A DNA stretch of 32,000 nt from Candidatus Saccharimonadota bacterium. GTDB taxonomy: Bacteria; Patescibacteriota; Microgenomatia; UBA1406; GWC2-37-13. Position numbers and translations under genes: made by a program. Shown piece by piece: positions 22,667 through 31,131 of this stretch; the stretch's first letter is position 1, and each line of letters opens with the position of its first letter. The notes beneath the pieces are model-generated. The model did not search any database, was not told where the DNA came from, and was given only the letters and a program-made list of their open reading frames with translations. Where the stretch lies: assembly GCA_016700135.1 (NCBI GenBank), contig CP065004.1:870001-902000 (forward strand). Reading direction: 5' to 3'.

Positions 22667-23572
22667 ATGTCAGGAATTATTGCCATACTTACCGCCACAA
22701 TCATTTGGGGAGCCGGATCACCCATTTTCAAATATGCCCTGTCGGATATTCCTCCGTTTACGCTTGCTTTTATCCGATTTTTTACCGCATCTTTCATCTT
22801 TTTACCACTGGCGGTCAGTCATTATAAAAAAATGACCCCCAAGCTGTGGTGGCATCTCATAATGGGTGCCTTTTGGGGAATTTCGGTCAATGTATCCTTC
22901 TTTTTCCTGGGACTGCAGCTTTCTCCGAGCATCAATGCCACTATCATCAGCTCAATCGGACCTATACTGTTGTACGTTCTTTCACTTCGGCTGCTGAAGG
23001 AAAAACCGCATCCTCAGATTATCCGCGGGATGGTTATCTCTCTCCTCGGCGTACTGATCATTATTCTTGCGCCGCTTATCAAATCAACCCAGCTGCATAT
23101 GCTCACGGAACAGGCGGGTTTTAGTGCATTCTTAGGTAACCTATGCTTTATTGCCGCCATGATAGGCGGAATCATGATCACGATTGACAATAAACAGCTT
23201 GCCGGGAAAGTCCATCCGTATACCGTGACCGGTTTTCAGTTTCTGATCGGATCTCTTGCTTTTGTTCCGTTTATGTTCTATGAACTCCAAAGCTGGTCTT
23301 TTCAGGAACTGACCGACAAAAGTTGGATAGGAATCCTATACGGAGTATTCCTTTCGTCAGCACTTGCCTATTTCGCTCAGAATTATGCTCTTACAAAACT
23401 GTCTGCACAGAAAGTGGGGATGTTTACCTATATTATGCCTGTTGCAGCTGTCTTGGTCGCCGTTCCGCTTCTGGGAGAGTATCCCGATATCTTCTTTATG
23501 CTTGGCGCGGCAGCGGTCTTTGTCGGTATTTTGGTCGGTGAACGGAAAGTAAAAAGCGGCAGGAAGAGCTGA
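22667..23572 (+). CDS. EamA/DMT-superfamily transporter
   Basis: A ~300-aa polytopic membrane protein with two EamA-like halves (IWGAGSPIFKYAL.., ..AYFAQNYALTKL..). Confidence 0.8.
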   Translation: MSGIIAILTATIIWGAGSPIFKYALSDIPPFTLAFIRFFTASFIFLPLAVSHYKKMTPKLWWHLIMGAFWGISVNVSFFFLGLQLSPSINATIISSIGPILLYVLSLRLLKEKPHPQIIRGMVISLLGVLIIILAPLIKSTQLHMLTEQAGFSAFLGNLCFIAAMIGGIMITIDNKQLAGKVHPYTVTGFQFLIGSLAFVPFMFYELQSWSFQELTDKSWIGILYGVFLSSALAYFAQNYALTKLSAQKVGMFTYIMPVAAVLVAVPLLGEYPDIFFMLGAAAVFVGILVGERKVKSGRKS

Positions 23573-23581
23573 GCTTCTATT

Positions 23582-23590
23582 TGCTACAAT
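23582..23590 (+). promoter_or_regulatory. extended -10 box TGCTACAAT abutting the galE start
   Basis: Only 8 nt separate the end of the -10 from the ATG at 23599, which suggests a leaderless or near-leaderless mRNA. Confidence 0.35.
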
Positions 23591-23598
23591 ATACGCAT

Positions 23599-24606
23599 AT
23601 GAAAAAAGTACTTATCACTGGGGCCGGCGGTTATATCGGCTCCGTCGCAACACATCTTCTTCTTTCAAAAGGATATGAAATCGTCGCTGTTGACAACTTC
23701 TCAACAGGTTTCAGGCAACCTCTCGAGACATTACAGCAAAAACACGGTGAAGATAAGCTCAGATATTATGGAATTGACCTCTCTGCCGATCTTTCGGAGG
23801 TTTTTTCAAAAGAAAGAGACATTGATGCGGTACTCCATTACGCTGCAAGCTGCAGTGTCAATGAATCCATGGAAAATCCGGGTAAATATTTTTCGAATAA
23901 TACCTGTGCGACGCACAATTTTATCAGACAATTCGTTGAAAACGGGATAAAGCATATGGTATTCTCCTCTACCTGTGCCGTGTACGGTGAGGCTGATTAT
24001 GTGCCGATCGACGAAAAGCATCGGACCCGTCCTGCCAATCCGTACGGTGAATCGAAACTGATGTCTGAAAAAGTCATTCAGTGGTACGGCAAGCTGAAAG
24101 GATTGAATTACGTCATCCTTCGCTATTTCAATGTCTGCGGTGCGACTGATGACGGTTTGATCGGAGATGCCAAAAAGCCGTCTGTTCATCTGATGCAGAA
24201 TGCGGTACGCGGTGCTCTCGGTCTTGAGCCGTTTTACCTCACCTGCGGAAAATTCGATACCCCGGACGGGACCCCGATCCGTGATTATGTCAATGTCGTC
24301 GACCTCAATCAGGCCCATCTTCTCGCACTTGAGTATCTGACAAAAGGCGGAAAAAGCGAGATTATCAACCTCGGAACAGGGACCGGAAACTCCGTCATGG
24401 AGATTGTGAAGCAGGTAGAAGAAATTACGGGTAAAAAGATCACTGTTGATACCGGTTCCGAGCGTGCCGGCGAATATGCCAAAATGATCGCCTCCACTGA
24501 AAAAGCTCAACAAGTGCTTGGCTGGAAACCGGAACACTCTCTCAAAGACAGTGTTCAGACACTCGTGAATTGGTATACGGGACGGCCTAAAGGTTGGGAG
24601 AAATAA
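23599..24606 (+). CDS. galE: UDP-glucose 4-epimerase
   Basis: The Rossmann motif is ITGAGGYIGS and the SDR catalytic motif is YGESK. Length and overall pattern fit GalE. The ATG at 23599 is preferred over the track's TTG at 23581. Confidence 0.85.
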   Translation: MKKVLITGAGGYIGSVATHLLLSKGYEIVAVDNFSTGFRQPLETLQQKHGEDKLRYYGIDLSADLSEVFSKERDIDAVLHYAASCSVNESMENPGKYFSNNTCATHNFIRQFVENGIKHMVFSSTCAVYGEADYVPIDEKHRTRPANPYGESKLMSEKVIQWYGKLKGLNYVILRYFNVCGATDDGLIGDAKKPSVHLMQNAVRGALGLEPFYLTCGKFDTPDGTPIRDYVNVVDLNQAHLLALEYLTKGGKSEIINLGTGTGNSVMEIVKQVEEITGKKITVDTGSERAGEYAKMIASTEKAQQVLGWKPEHSLKDSVQTLVNWYTGRPKGWEK

Positions 24607-24625
24607 TTACTGTAAAAGAGTTCAT

Positions 24626-24651
24626 GGGCGGGCCGAAATATCGGCCCGCCC
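24626..24651. terminator. 10-bp GC hairpin between convergent genes
   Basis: GGGCGGGCCG-aaatat-CGGCCCGCCC is a perfect stem. There is no clear U-tract on either side. Confidence 0.5.
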
Positions 24652-24675
24652 TGACAATCTACATACTACGTATTC

Positions 24676-25023
24676 TTACCACTGATAGGTATAAGGATCT
24701 TCCATGGTGAAAACTCCCTGTAGCTGCCAGTGCAGCTCATCCTCAGTAAGGACTGCTCTGTAGATGAGCGTATAAAGCTCATCATCCTGAAATACATGTC
24801 CGCTGAAGCCTACTCCAGCACTCGTACCGGCTTTACGATCTTCCATACGATGACTGTAACGGATTCTCGTTCGTCCCTGACTAAGCAGTGACAACATCTC
24901 CTCCTTAATACTTCGGGGAATCTGATGTTCAGTCAAAGCCGTGATGTCACGAGCGATGTGTGCGATGGCGATAGGCTCGATACAAATAATGCTTTCATTT
25001 GTTTCGTTCGGATCGACAGGCAT
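24676..25023 (-). CDS. hypothetical protein, 115 aa
   Basis: ORF with an ATG start, convergent with galE. No motif recognised. Confidence 0.6.
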   Translation of the reverse strand: MPVDPNETNESIICIEPIAIAHIARDITALTEHQIPRSIKEEMLSLLSQGRTRIRYSHRMEDRKAGTSAGVGFSGHVFQDDELYTLIYRAVLTEDELHWQLQGVFTMEDPYTYQW

Positions 25024-25182
25024 GATAAACGTTCCTTTCCCTTCAGATGGATAAAAGTTGTTGCAGATTGTAAAAGCATGCTTATCCCGTCACATCAAGC
25101 AGCTTTTGCCTGAGAGACGGAACTTGCATATCCGTATTCCATAAACCGGAATACAGGCATATTATACACATTCATTACATAC

Positions 25183-25211
25183 TTGACAAAGTCCTTAAGA
25201 TACTGTATCAT
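25183..25211 (+). promoter_or_regulatory. candidate promoter TTGACA-N17-TATCAT
   Basis: TTGACA lies at 25183-88 and TATCAT at 25206-11, about 60 nt upstream of the PIG-L gene. Confidence 0.45.
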
Positions 25212-25230
25212 TATGTATGATAGTGTATGA
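25204..25230 (+). repeat. three direct heptamers TGTATCA/TGTATGA/TGTATGA at exact 10-bp phasing
   Basis: Repeat starts are at 25204, 25214 and 25224. The array overlaps the -10 and the predicted transcription start. Confidence 0.6.
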
Positions 25231-25270
25231 AATATTGTTATGACAGGTTAAAAATACATTTTTTACCTCT

Positions 25271-26020
25271 ATGAACGCCAATATTAAAGTACAGTCAATA
25301 CTGAAAGGTAAACAGAAAATTCTCGCCGTAGTCGCCCATCCGGACGACTTTGAGGATTATTTTTCAGGAACGATGCTTATTGCTATCGAAAAAGGATGGA
25401 TTAAGCCGGAAAACATCAATTTGCTGATCGTGACTGACGGTTCCAACGGAAGCCGCGGAAATATCGTGGATCCTGAGGTCCTGAAAAAACTTCGTCATGA
25501 AGAGCAGATGAAGGCACTTGATCATGTGGGTATCCCGCGTGAAAACTGTCATTTCCTTGACTTCAAGGACGGATATGTCCACAACAACGACAATCAGCTC
25601 ACCGAGCGTATCAGTTACTTTATCCGTAAACTGAAACCTGATCTTTTGCTGACACACAACGGATTTGAGGCTATTATTGAGCGTCAGAGCGGTATGTATT
25701 ATGTACACAAAGATCACCGTGTTGTCGGTCAGGCAGCGCTTGATGCAGCCTATCCGTACAGCCGTGATTTGCTCTTTTTTCCGGAACATCACAAAGAGGG
25801 TCTGGAAGGTCATTTCCTTCTGGAAGTGCTCATTGCAGAGACTCAGAATCCGAATGTGAAGGTTGATATTACGGCTAAAATGCCGGAAAAGATCGCGCTT
25901 CTCAAGAACTTTATGTCTCAGATTGAGTCTGATGACTGGTTGTATAAGTATTTCAAAGATACGACCGGCGAAGATGACCGCTATCTTGAGTCATATAAGT
26001 ACGTGAAGATCATCATCTAA
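25271..26020 (+). CDS. PIG-L/LmbE-family deacetylase
   Basis: The motif VVAHPDDFE (AHPDD.E) lies near the N-terminus, and the size is ~250 aa. Confidence 0.8.
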   Translation: MNANIKVQSILKGKQKILAVVAHPDDFEDYFSGTMLIAIEKGWIKPENINLLIVTDGSNGSRGNIVDPEVLKKLRHEEQMKALDHVGIPRENCHFLDFKDGYVHNNDNQLTERISYFIRKLKPDLLLTHNGFEAIIERQSGMYYVHKDHRVVGQAALDAAYPYSRDLLFFPEHHKEGLEGHFLLEVLIAETQNPNVKVDITAKMPEKIALLKNFMSQIESDDWLYKYFKDTTGEDDRYLESYKYVKIII

Positions 26021-26035
26021 CAGTGAAACTTACAG

Positions 26036-26070
26036 TCGCCCTTGCTTGAAAAAGCCGGGGCGATTTTTTT
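26036..26070 (+). terminator. intrinsic terminator
   Basis: The stem pairs 26036-42 with 26057-63, and an inner stem pairs 26044-47 with 26052-55. It is capped by a GAAA tetraloop and followed by T7 (26064-70). Confidence 0.8.
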
Positions 26071-26073
26071 GCC

Positions 26074-26955
26074 TCAAAAAATACTGATTTCCTGCTTGCC
26101 TTCCCGATCGATATATCCTCGGAACATGCCGGGAGAGTTGAAGGGCATGGCAATATTCCCATCACGATCCAGAGCGATCATACCGCCCAGGCCTTCCATG
26201 TCGGTTATTTCCTGAAGTGTCTGTTCGGCTGCTTCCTTGAGAGGCTTTTGGGCGTATTTGATGCGTGCTGAGACGTTGAAAGCGGCCAGTGTCCGCATGA
26301 AAAACTCCCCTGTCCCCGTGCAGGATACGGCGCAGGTCATATTGTCTGCATAGGTTCCCGCTCCGATGATGGGTGAATCCCCTACTCTGTGGGGGTATTT
26401 GTTGGTCGTACCGCCTGTGGAGGTGACAGCGGCGAGATTACCGTGAATATCACGTGCGATGGCACCGATCGTGCCGTGTTCGACTTTTTGTGAAAAATGT
26501 GGATTGAAAAAGTATGTTTCGTCGACGATTTCACAGCCGTTTTCTGCTGCCAGTTTTTCTGCCCCTGCTCCGACAATCATCACGTGAGGCGTTTTGTCCA
26601 TGACCAGTCTGGCGACTGTTGAGGCATTTTTGACACAGCAGTCAGCGACTGATCCGGCCTTTCTCGATGATCCGTCCATGACTGATGAATCTACTGAATG
26701 GGTGCCTTTACTTGTTTTGAGTGAGCCTTTTCCGGCTGTGAAATACCCTGAGTTTTCCATGACATTGGCGGCTTTTATCACGGCATCAAGTGCTGCTCCC
26801 CCTTCTTTCATGTGGTCATATCCGATTTTGAGCGCTTCGGCGATGAATCTCTGATAGATACCGTCAAATTCTTCATGATATTCATTGCAGGTCGGGCCGG
26901 GTTTCGAAAAAAGCGCACCGCCGTGTACGACGATGACAGGTTCTTGATGGGACAT
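26074..26955 (-). CDS. isoaspartyl peptidase / L-asparaginase (Ntn hydrolase)
   Basis: HGTIGAIARD carries the autoprocessing Gly-Thr. TSTGG and GDSPIIGAGTYADN are also present. Confidence 0.85.
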   Translation of the reverse strand: MSHQEPVIVVHGGALFSKPGPTCNEYHEEFDGIYQRFIAEALKIGYDHMKEGGAALDAVIKAANVMENSGYFTAGKGSLKTSKGTHSVDSSVMDGSSRKAGSVADCCVKNASTVARLVMDKTPHVMIVGAGAEKLAAENGCEIVDETYFFNPHFSQKVEHGTIGAIARDIHGNLAAVTSTGGTTNKYPHRVGDSPIIGAGTYADNMTCAVSCTGTGEFFMRTLAAFNVSARIKYAQKPLKEAAEQTLQEITDMEGLGGMIALDRDGNIAMPFNSPGMFRGYIDREGKQEISIF

Positions 26956-27074
26956 GCATTGATTATAGTGCTTCTCTTCTTGAAATCAATATTAAGATGT
27001 TTGGATTGTTAAGTGGCGTTTTTTTCTGGAATTTCCGTTATAATACCTTAATTGTAAGAATTTATTTACATTGT

Positions 27075-27851
27075 ATGTCCGAATGGAAATATGCCCGCCG
27101 GTATCGTTTCGAGTCGCAGTTTGGTGATGAACTGGATTATCTCACCAGGCTCAACAGATTCAAAGCTCCGAAGGAGGTTATGGATCTTGTGGGAAAAATG
27201 GAACCGAATATCTTTGTCACAGGCGGTGTCGCCCGCCAGGCTGCTCTGATGCAGATAAGCGGAATCGCAGTAGATGAGCTGCCGGAGACGACTGATTGTG
27301 ATTTCCTGAGCTTCAGTGAAGGCGGTATATACCGAGCACGTTTTAAAACGCCGGTTGCAGCCATTTATGTAGGATACAACCGCCCGTTTGCAGAGAAATT
27401 CGGTATATTTTTGGATAAACATACGGCTCTTACTCTGGATCAGATGGTGATGGGTACTCCCCAAGGCGCTGCTGACCCTGAGCTTTTTGTCACGGATGCT
27501 GCAGTACAGGCATATCAGGATCGTGTGGTGGAACTTTCACCGTATCAGAACGGAGATTGCCGGAGTACTGACCTGATCACAGGATTTTCCGCCGTATGCC
27601 GGGCAGCTGTCATGAGTGAAATACTGCGGCCGCAGGGATTTGTGAATGGTGTGGATCCTGCATTTGCGCGGCATGTCTTGCGGGAAGGCTGGTCTCATCC
27701 CCGTGCAATGGGAAAAATCCGAAGTGTGGTGAATAAATCGAAGCTGCACGGCGTAAAGGAAGGTTTGTATGATTACTTCCGAGGACAGGGATTTACTATT
27801 CCTCAGAGATTTGTTGATGAACCTCCGTATGTCAGTGACGATGAAGGCTGA
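27075..27851 (+). CDS. hypothetical protein, 258 aa
   Basis: Long ORF. The ATG at 27075 (MSEWKYARR..) is preferred because the track start at 26997 would sit in the divergent promoter region. Confidence 0.7.
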   Translation: MSEWKYARRYRFESQFGDELDYLTRLNRFKAPKEVMDLVGKMEPNIFVTGGVARQAALMQISGIAVDELPETTDCDFLSFSEGGIYRARFKTPVAAIYVGYNRPFAEKFGIFLDKHTALTLDQMVMGTPQGAADPELFVTDAAVQAYQDRVVELSPYQNGDCRSTDLITGFSAVCRAAVMSEILRPQGFVNGVDPAFARHVLREGWSHPRAMGKIRSVVNKSKLHGVKEGLYDYFRGQGFTIPQRFVDEPPYVSDDEG

Positions 27852-27870
27852 TCTCTTTTGAAACGATCGT

Positions 27871-28185
27871 TTATCCCCTGCTCTGCCCGATCTTTACGGA
27901 TTGAAATGCCTGAGTATCCATAAGCGTCAGAGGAAGCATATTGGCAATCGTATCCATGGTAAGCCAGTGTTGAAGAAGTGTCAGTTCGCGGTCTGTGGTA
28001 GGGAGATCCCCTTTCGCCTCCAGTTCTGCCATTCTGCTATGGACCTGATCGAGTATGAGGTAAAAATACGGAATCGTGTAGTATTCCCGGTGTTCGGGTT
28101 GTTCCGGTCGCTCGATCGGAGTGTGTTCCATGCGGTCAGTATACCATATTGAGAAAATTGGCTGGTATTTGGTATAATAGTTCAC
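27871..28185 (-). CDS. hypothetical protein (104 aa, or 86 aa from the internal MEHTP start at 28131)
   Basis: ORF convergent with the previous gene. The longest start would abut the tRNA-Gly promoter, so the internal ATG may be the real start. Confidence 0.5.
   Translation of the reverse strand: MNYYTKYQPIFSIWYTDRMEHTPIERPEQPEHREYYTIPYFYLILDQVHSRMAELEAKGDLPTTDRELTLLQHWLTMDTIANMLPLTLMDTQAFQSVKIGQSRG
28170..28178 (+). promoter_or_regulatory. extended -10 box TGGTATAAT upstream of tRNA-Gly
   Basis: Perfect TGnTATAAT ending 12 nt before the first base of tRNA-Gly. Confidence 0.5.
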
Positions 28186-28190
28186 AACTT

Positions 28191-28263
28191 GCGGAGTTAG
28201 TTCAGTTGGTAGAATGTCTCTTTTCCAAAGAGAAGGTCACGGGTTCGAGTCCCGTACTCCGCT
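28191..28263 (+). tRNA. tRNA-Gly (anticodon UCC), CCA not encoded
   Basis: Hand-folded. The acceptor stem is GCGGAGT/ACTCCGC. The anticodon stem TCTCT/AGAGA carries the loop TTTCCAA. The T-arm is ACGGG-TTCGAGT-CCCGT and the discriminator is T. Confidence 0.9.
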
Positions 28264-28289
28264 CAACCTCTTAATAAATAAGAATTCTA

Positions 28290-28733
28290 ATGTTCATAGA
28301 TGAACCAGAGGGCTTTTCCTTTTCAGATTTAAATGAATATCTAGGGGCAGCATCTGCTCTCGGGACTGCTATAAATATAAAACTTTCAAATGGAAAATCT
28401 TTGAGTGGATATTTAAACCATTCTCAAGAAAGCTTACCAGACTATATTGAGTTATTTGATCCTATCGGGAATGGTGTTGATATGGAGATAACAAAAGTTT
28501 TATCTAATCAAATTATTTGGTTTAAGCTAAAGAGATATGGAAGAACAGAAAGTTATATTAATGATGCAGGGGTACCAGAGGCGAAGTTACCTATAGTTGT
28601 AATTATGGCTAAAAAAATTAAAGGTAGTGGAATGATTATAAATCCTGGAATTACTTCTATTTACGGAGAGAAAATAGATTTTTCGGGAGAAATTAAATCA
28701 AAAAATAAAAATAAGGAGAAAAGCAATGAATAA
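28290..28733 (+). CDS. hypothetical protein, 147 aa (AT-rich islet)
   Basis: ORF with an ATG start. Its stop overlaps the next ORF by 8 nt (ATGAATAA). No motif recognised. Confidence 0.55.
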   Translation: MFIDEPEGFSFSDLNEYLGAASALGTAINIKLSNGKSLSGYLNHSQESLPDYIELFDPIGNGVDMEITKVLSNQIIWFKLKRYGRTESYINDAGVPEAKLPIVVIMAKKIKGSGMIINPGITSIYGEKIDFSGEIKSKNKNKEKSNE

Positions 28734-28950
28734 ATTAAAAAGTGGATCACAAGGAATCAGTGGTAAAAATGTAAATGTAGGGAAAATGCTATCCGATCAT
28801 GGTTCACAAACAATAACTGCATCAGGTAAAGCCAAAATCAGTGTTATGGATAACAGAGGGTATAGGCCGCGGAGATTTCCTTTTACCTCTGTAAAGATTG
28901 GAGAAGTTACCATTTTAAATGGGGAATGTCACTTTTCAACTCGTTTTTAG
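28726..28950 (+). CDS. hypothetical protein, 74 aa (AT-rich islet)
   Basis: ORF that appears translationally coupled to the preceding one. No motif recognised. Confidence 0.45.
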   Translation: MNKLKSGSQGISGKNVNVGKMLSDHGSQTITASGKAKISVMDNRGYRPRRFPFTSVKIGEVTILNGECHFSTRF

Positions 28951-29010
28951 AAAGTATTTTTAAGATATTCAAGAGGGAACCTAAAGTTGACTAGAATTTA
29001 CATTAAATTT

Positions 29011-29725
29011 GGCTCTAGACTAGCACATTAACAATTTGTAATAGTTCATTGTAAAGGATCGATGGGGATTTGCTCCATCTCCATTCACACTCTTTCAAGT
29101 GTAATGGAAAGTTTTTCTTTACACCATTGAACTTAACGAGACGTCTTTTACAAAAGGACCAGAATGACTCTATGCCATTGATATGGACCCCTTTTGTATT
29201 TGAGAACTCATTTTTCTTGTGATTGATTCTCAAATGTTTGTCATACCCGACATCAACAAGTCCGTTGTATCCGCTCCACGAATCTGAATATACAGTACTG
29301 TTCAAGTCAATCTTTCCCTTCATAACAGCATGTAGCGTTCTTCTTTTACAGTTTGGAATGATACGAGTAAATACACGTCCTTGACGCTCATATATCCCAA
29401 ATACTACCTGCTTAAATGACGTCCCACGACCTCTTTTACTTGACTTGCCTCTCATCCTTCGAGGTCCAAAGTATGATTCATCAATTTCTATCTCACCACC
29501 AACATATCGTTGCATCTGGTGCACTTGGTGATGATATATGAGTTGACGAATATTATTGTAATATTTGTTGACTGTATTGCGGTTGAGACCCAAAATACCA
29601 GAGGTCTGTGTAGCACTCAGATCGTGTGCAAAACACCATAGTATCTTTTTTCTCTTGTATTTTGATATCGGCCTATTGTTACAAACCATACCTCTAGTTT
29701 AGCACTACTCTGCTAGTCTAGAGCC
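29011..29725 (-). mobile_element. IS1595-family insertion sequence, copy 3 (715 bp)
   Basis: By reading, identical to copy 2 with the same 15-bp inverted repeats. It is flanked by the 7-bp direct duplication TAAATTT (29004-29010 and 29726-29732). Confidence 0.95.
29015..29689 (-). CDS. IS1595/ISXO2-like DDE transposase, 224 aa
   Basis: The protein is identical to the one at 15170-15844. Confidence 0.9.
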   Translation of the reverse strand: MVCNNRPISKYKRKKILWCFAHDLSATQTSGILGLNRNTVNKYYNNIRQLIYHHQVHQMQRYVGGEIEIDESYFGPRRMRGKSSKRGRGTSFKQVVFGIYERQGRVFTRIIPNCKRRTLHAVMKGKIDLNSTVYSDSWSGYNGLVDVGYDKHLRINHKKNEFSNTKGVHINGIESFWSFCKRRLVKFNGVKKNFPLHLKECEWRWSKSPSILYNELLQIVNVLV

Positions 29726-29786
29726 TAAATTTTTATTTCAAAATCTTTCGTGCTGAGCTAACAGGTTTTTAGATCTGCAGCATATT

Positions 29787-30467
29787 TCAGAGTTTTTTAA
29801 CTTGATCCGAACCTTTAACATATGGGATTTTATATATATGGAATTTCGGATATACGTGAATTGAGAGTAAATATTCACTATCAACGTTGCACGAAAAACA
29901 GATCCGCCCAATTTCATTTCTTTTTGAAAAGAGTTTATTTAATTCTTCATGCAGCTCTTCAAAAACTTTAAGTGATATTGCATTATCTGATGATGGTTGA
30001 ATTACTATATAAAAATTGTAAGGATCAGAATAACGAAGTACTTTGTTACGAATAAACTTTGCTAAAGATTCTTTATCTATTGACTGACGATATCTTTTTA
30101 GTTCAAATTCAAATATTCCTTCTGGAGTTTTAACTAGAATATCTGGTGGGTCTGTTTTCTGTTCTTTTAGATCCTCAAATGAGGTGATTTCTGTTTGGTT
30201 TAGGCGAAATGAGTCTTTTAAGTAAAAACCGAATTCACAATCATTATTAAATTCTTGTGTAAGTCCAAATATAGCTATCCACAACTCATGCTTATCTCTG
30301 TCATTTGCACTAGAGGCCATTATCTGTTTTATATCTTGTTCTCGATCTTTTACCTCTTTTCTAAATATGTGAACTATTGATTCTATATCCGATGACAGTA
30401 CTAAATTTAGAATATCTTTACTACTGAACCAGACCATAAGTCTTTGCTTATATTTTTGGAATTTCAT
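29787..30467 (-). CDS. hypothetical protein with PD-(D/E)xK-like motif, 226 aa
   Basis: PPDILVKTPEGIFEFELKR fits the D..(12-13 aa)..E-x-K pattern of restriction-endonuclease-fold nucleases. The ATG at 30467 is preferred to the track's TTG at 30572, which would overlap the divergent gene. Confidence 0.55.
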   Translation of the reverse strand: MKFQKYKQRLMVWFSSKDILNLVLSSDIESIVHIFRKEVKDREQDIKQIMASSANDRDKHELWIAIFGLTQEFNNDCEFGFYLKDSFRLNQTEITSFEDLKEQKTDPPDILVKTPEGIFEFELKRYRQSIDKESLAKFIRNKVLRYSDPYNFYIVIQPSSDNAISLKVFEELHEELNKLFSKRNEIGRICFSCNVDSEYLLSIHVYPKFHIYKIPYVKGSDQVKKL

Positions 30468-30561
30468 ATTCTTATTATAGTTGGTCCAAAATTTCGTATT
30501 TATTGAGTCAGCGTCATTTGAAAATTTTGTCTCGCTACCTTTTCTGATACCATTTACGTAT

Positions 30562-31029
30562 ATGATCTCCAAACAGCATCTCTTTGAATTTGTCGATCGT
30601 GCGGCGAAGGCGACGTATGCCGGTGGCGGCAGTTACGAAGAACATCCGGAGCGGCCGGGGTTTTTCGAGCTTGTGTATGAAGAATCTCCCCTTTCCTATC
30701 GTGATAGTTACTCAGGACATGCCCGAAGCGGCGGTCAGGAGATTGTTCGTTACGAACAAAAACCGATCTGGTGGTCGGGATACGGAGGCGGGATGGTCGA
30801 CGGGAAAGATGATCTTTCCGATCAGACATTCGAGTACCTGAAGAAAGCCCTTTCTCAGGATGAGGAAGGATTTGATTCACTGCGGGGGCCGCATGAATTC
30901 ACGGATGGAGACTGGAAGTATACTTACACCCAGGAAGGCGATATCCATGATTTTTACGGCTATGAAGAGATATCCTACAAAGGCGAAAAAGTCTTCTGGC
31001 ATCGTGCGGTCGGTGGGATAGTGAGATAA
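30562..31029 (+). CDS. conserved hypothetical protein, 155 aa (possibly DUF5680-type, from memory and unverified)
   Basis: The ATG at 30562 (MISKQHLFEFVDRAAKATYAGGG..) coincides with the jump from AT-rich to higher G+C. The track's upstream extension lies in AT-rich islet DNA. Confidence 0.7.
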   Translation: MISKQHLFEFVDRAAKATYAGGGSYEEHPERPGFFELVYEESPLSYRDSYSGHARSGGQEIVRYEQKPIWWSGYGGGMVDGKDDLSDQTFEYLKKALSQDEEGFDSLRGPHEFTDGDWKYTYTQEGDIHDFYGYEEISYKGEKVFWHRAVGGIVR

Positions 31030-31092
31030 CATCTGGATCCCCGGGTCAAGCCCGAGGATGACAGGAAAAGGGATTCCATGACTACGCTCGGA

Positions 31093-31122
31093 ATGACAAT
31101 GCTATTTGCGACATGCTACAAT
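31093..31122 (+). promoter_or_regulatory. candidate promoter ATGACA-N18-(TGc)TACAAT
   Basis: The -35-like ATGACA lies at 31093-98 and the extended -10 TGCTACAAT ends at 31122. The ATG at 31132 is only 9 nt downstream. Confidence 0.35.
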
Positions 31123-31131
31123 GAAGGTAAG

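Noticed and set aside
23806-24537. 243-aa minus-strand ORF
   Set aside because: It lies fully inside and antisense to galE, which has unambiguous SDR motifs. It has no motifs of its own.
25364-25813. 149-aa minus-strand ORF
   Set aside because: It is antisense to the PIG-L deacetylase gene and is a shadow frame.
27861-27872. Palindrome AAACGATCGTTT between convergent genes as a terminator
   Set aside because: It has no loop and no U-tract, and it overlaps the stop codon of the minus-strand ORF. It is more likely chance or a restriction-type palindrome.
1-29725. IS copies 1+2 or 2+3 forming a composite transposon that carries the intervening DNA
   Set aside because: Copies 2 and 3 each have their own matching 7-bp duplication on both sides. 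This indicates independent single-IS insertions. The outer flanks do not share a duplication. Copy 1 cannot be tested because its other end is outside the window.
30468-30572. Track start positions that make the 261-aa minus ORF and the 182-aa plus ORF overlap divergently
   Set aside because: Both extensions rely on TTG or upstream codons. The 182-aa extension crosses the sharp composition boundary at 30562 into islet DNA, and the 261-aa extension makes the two ORFs overlap divergently. Internal ATGs at 30467 and 30562 give non-overlapping genes.
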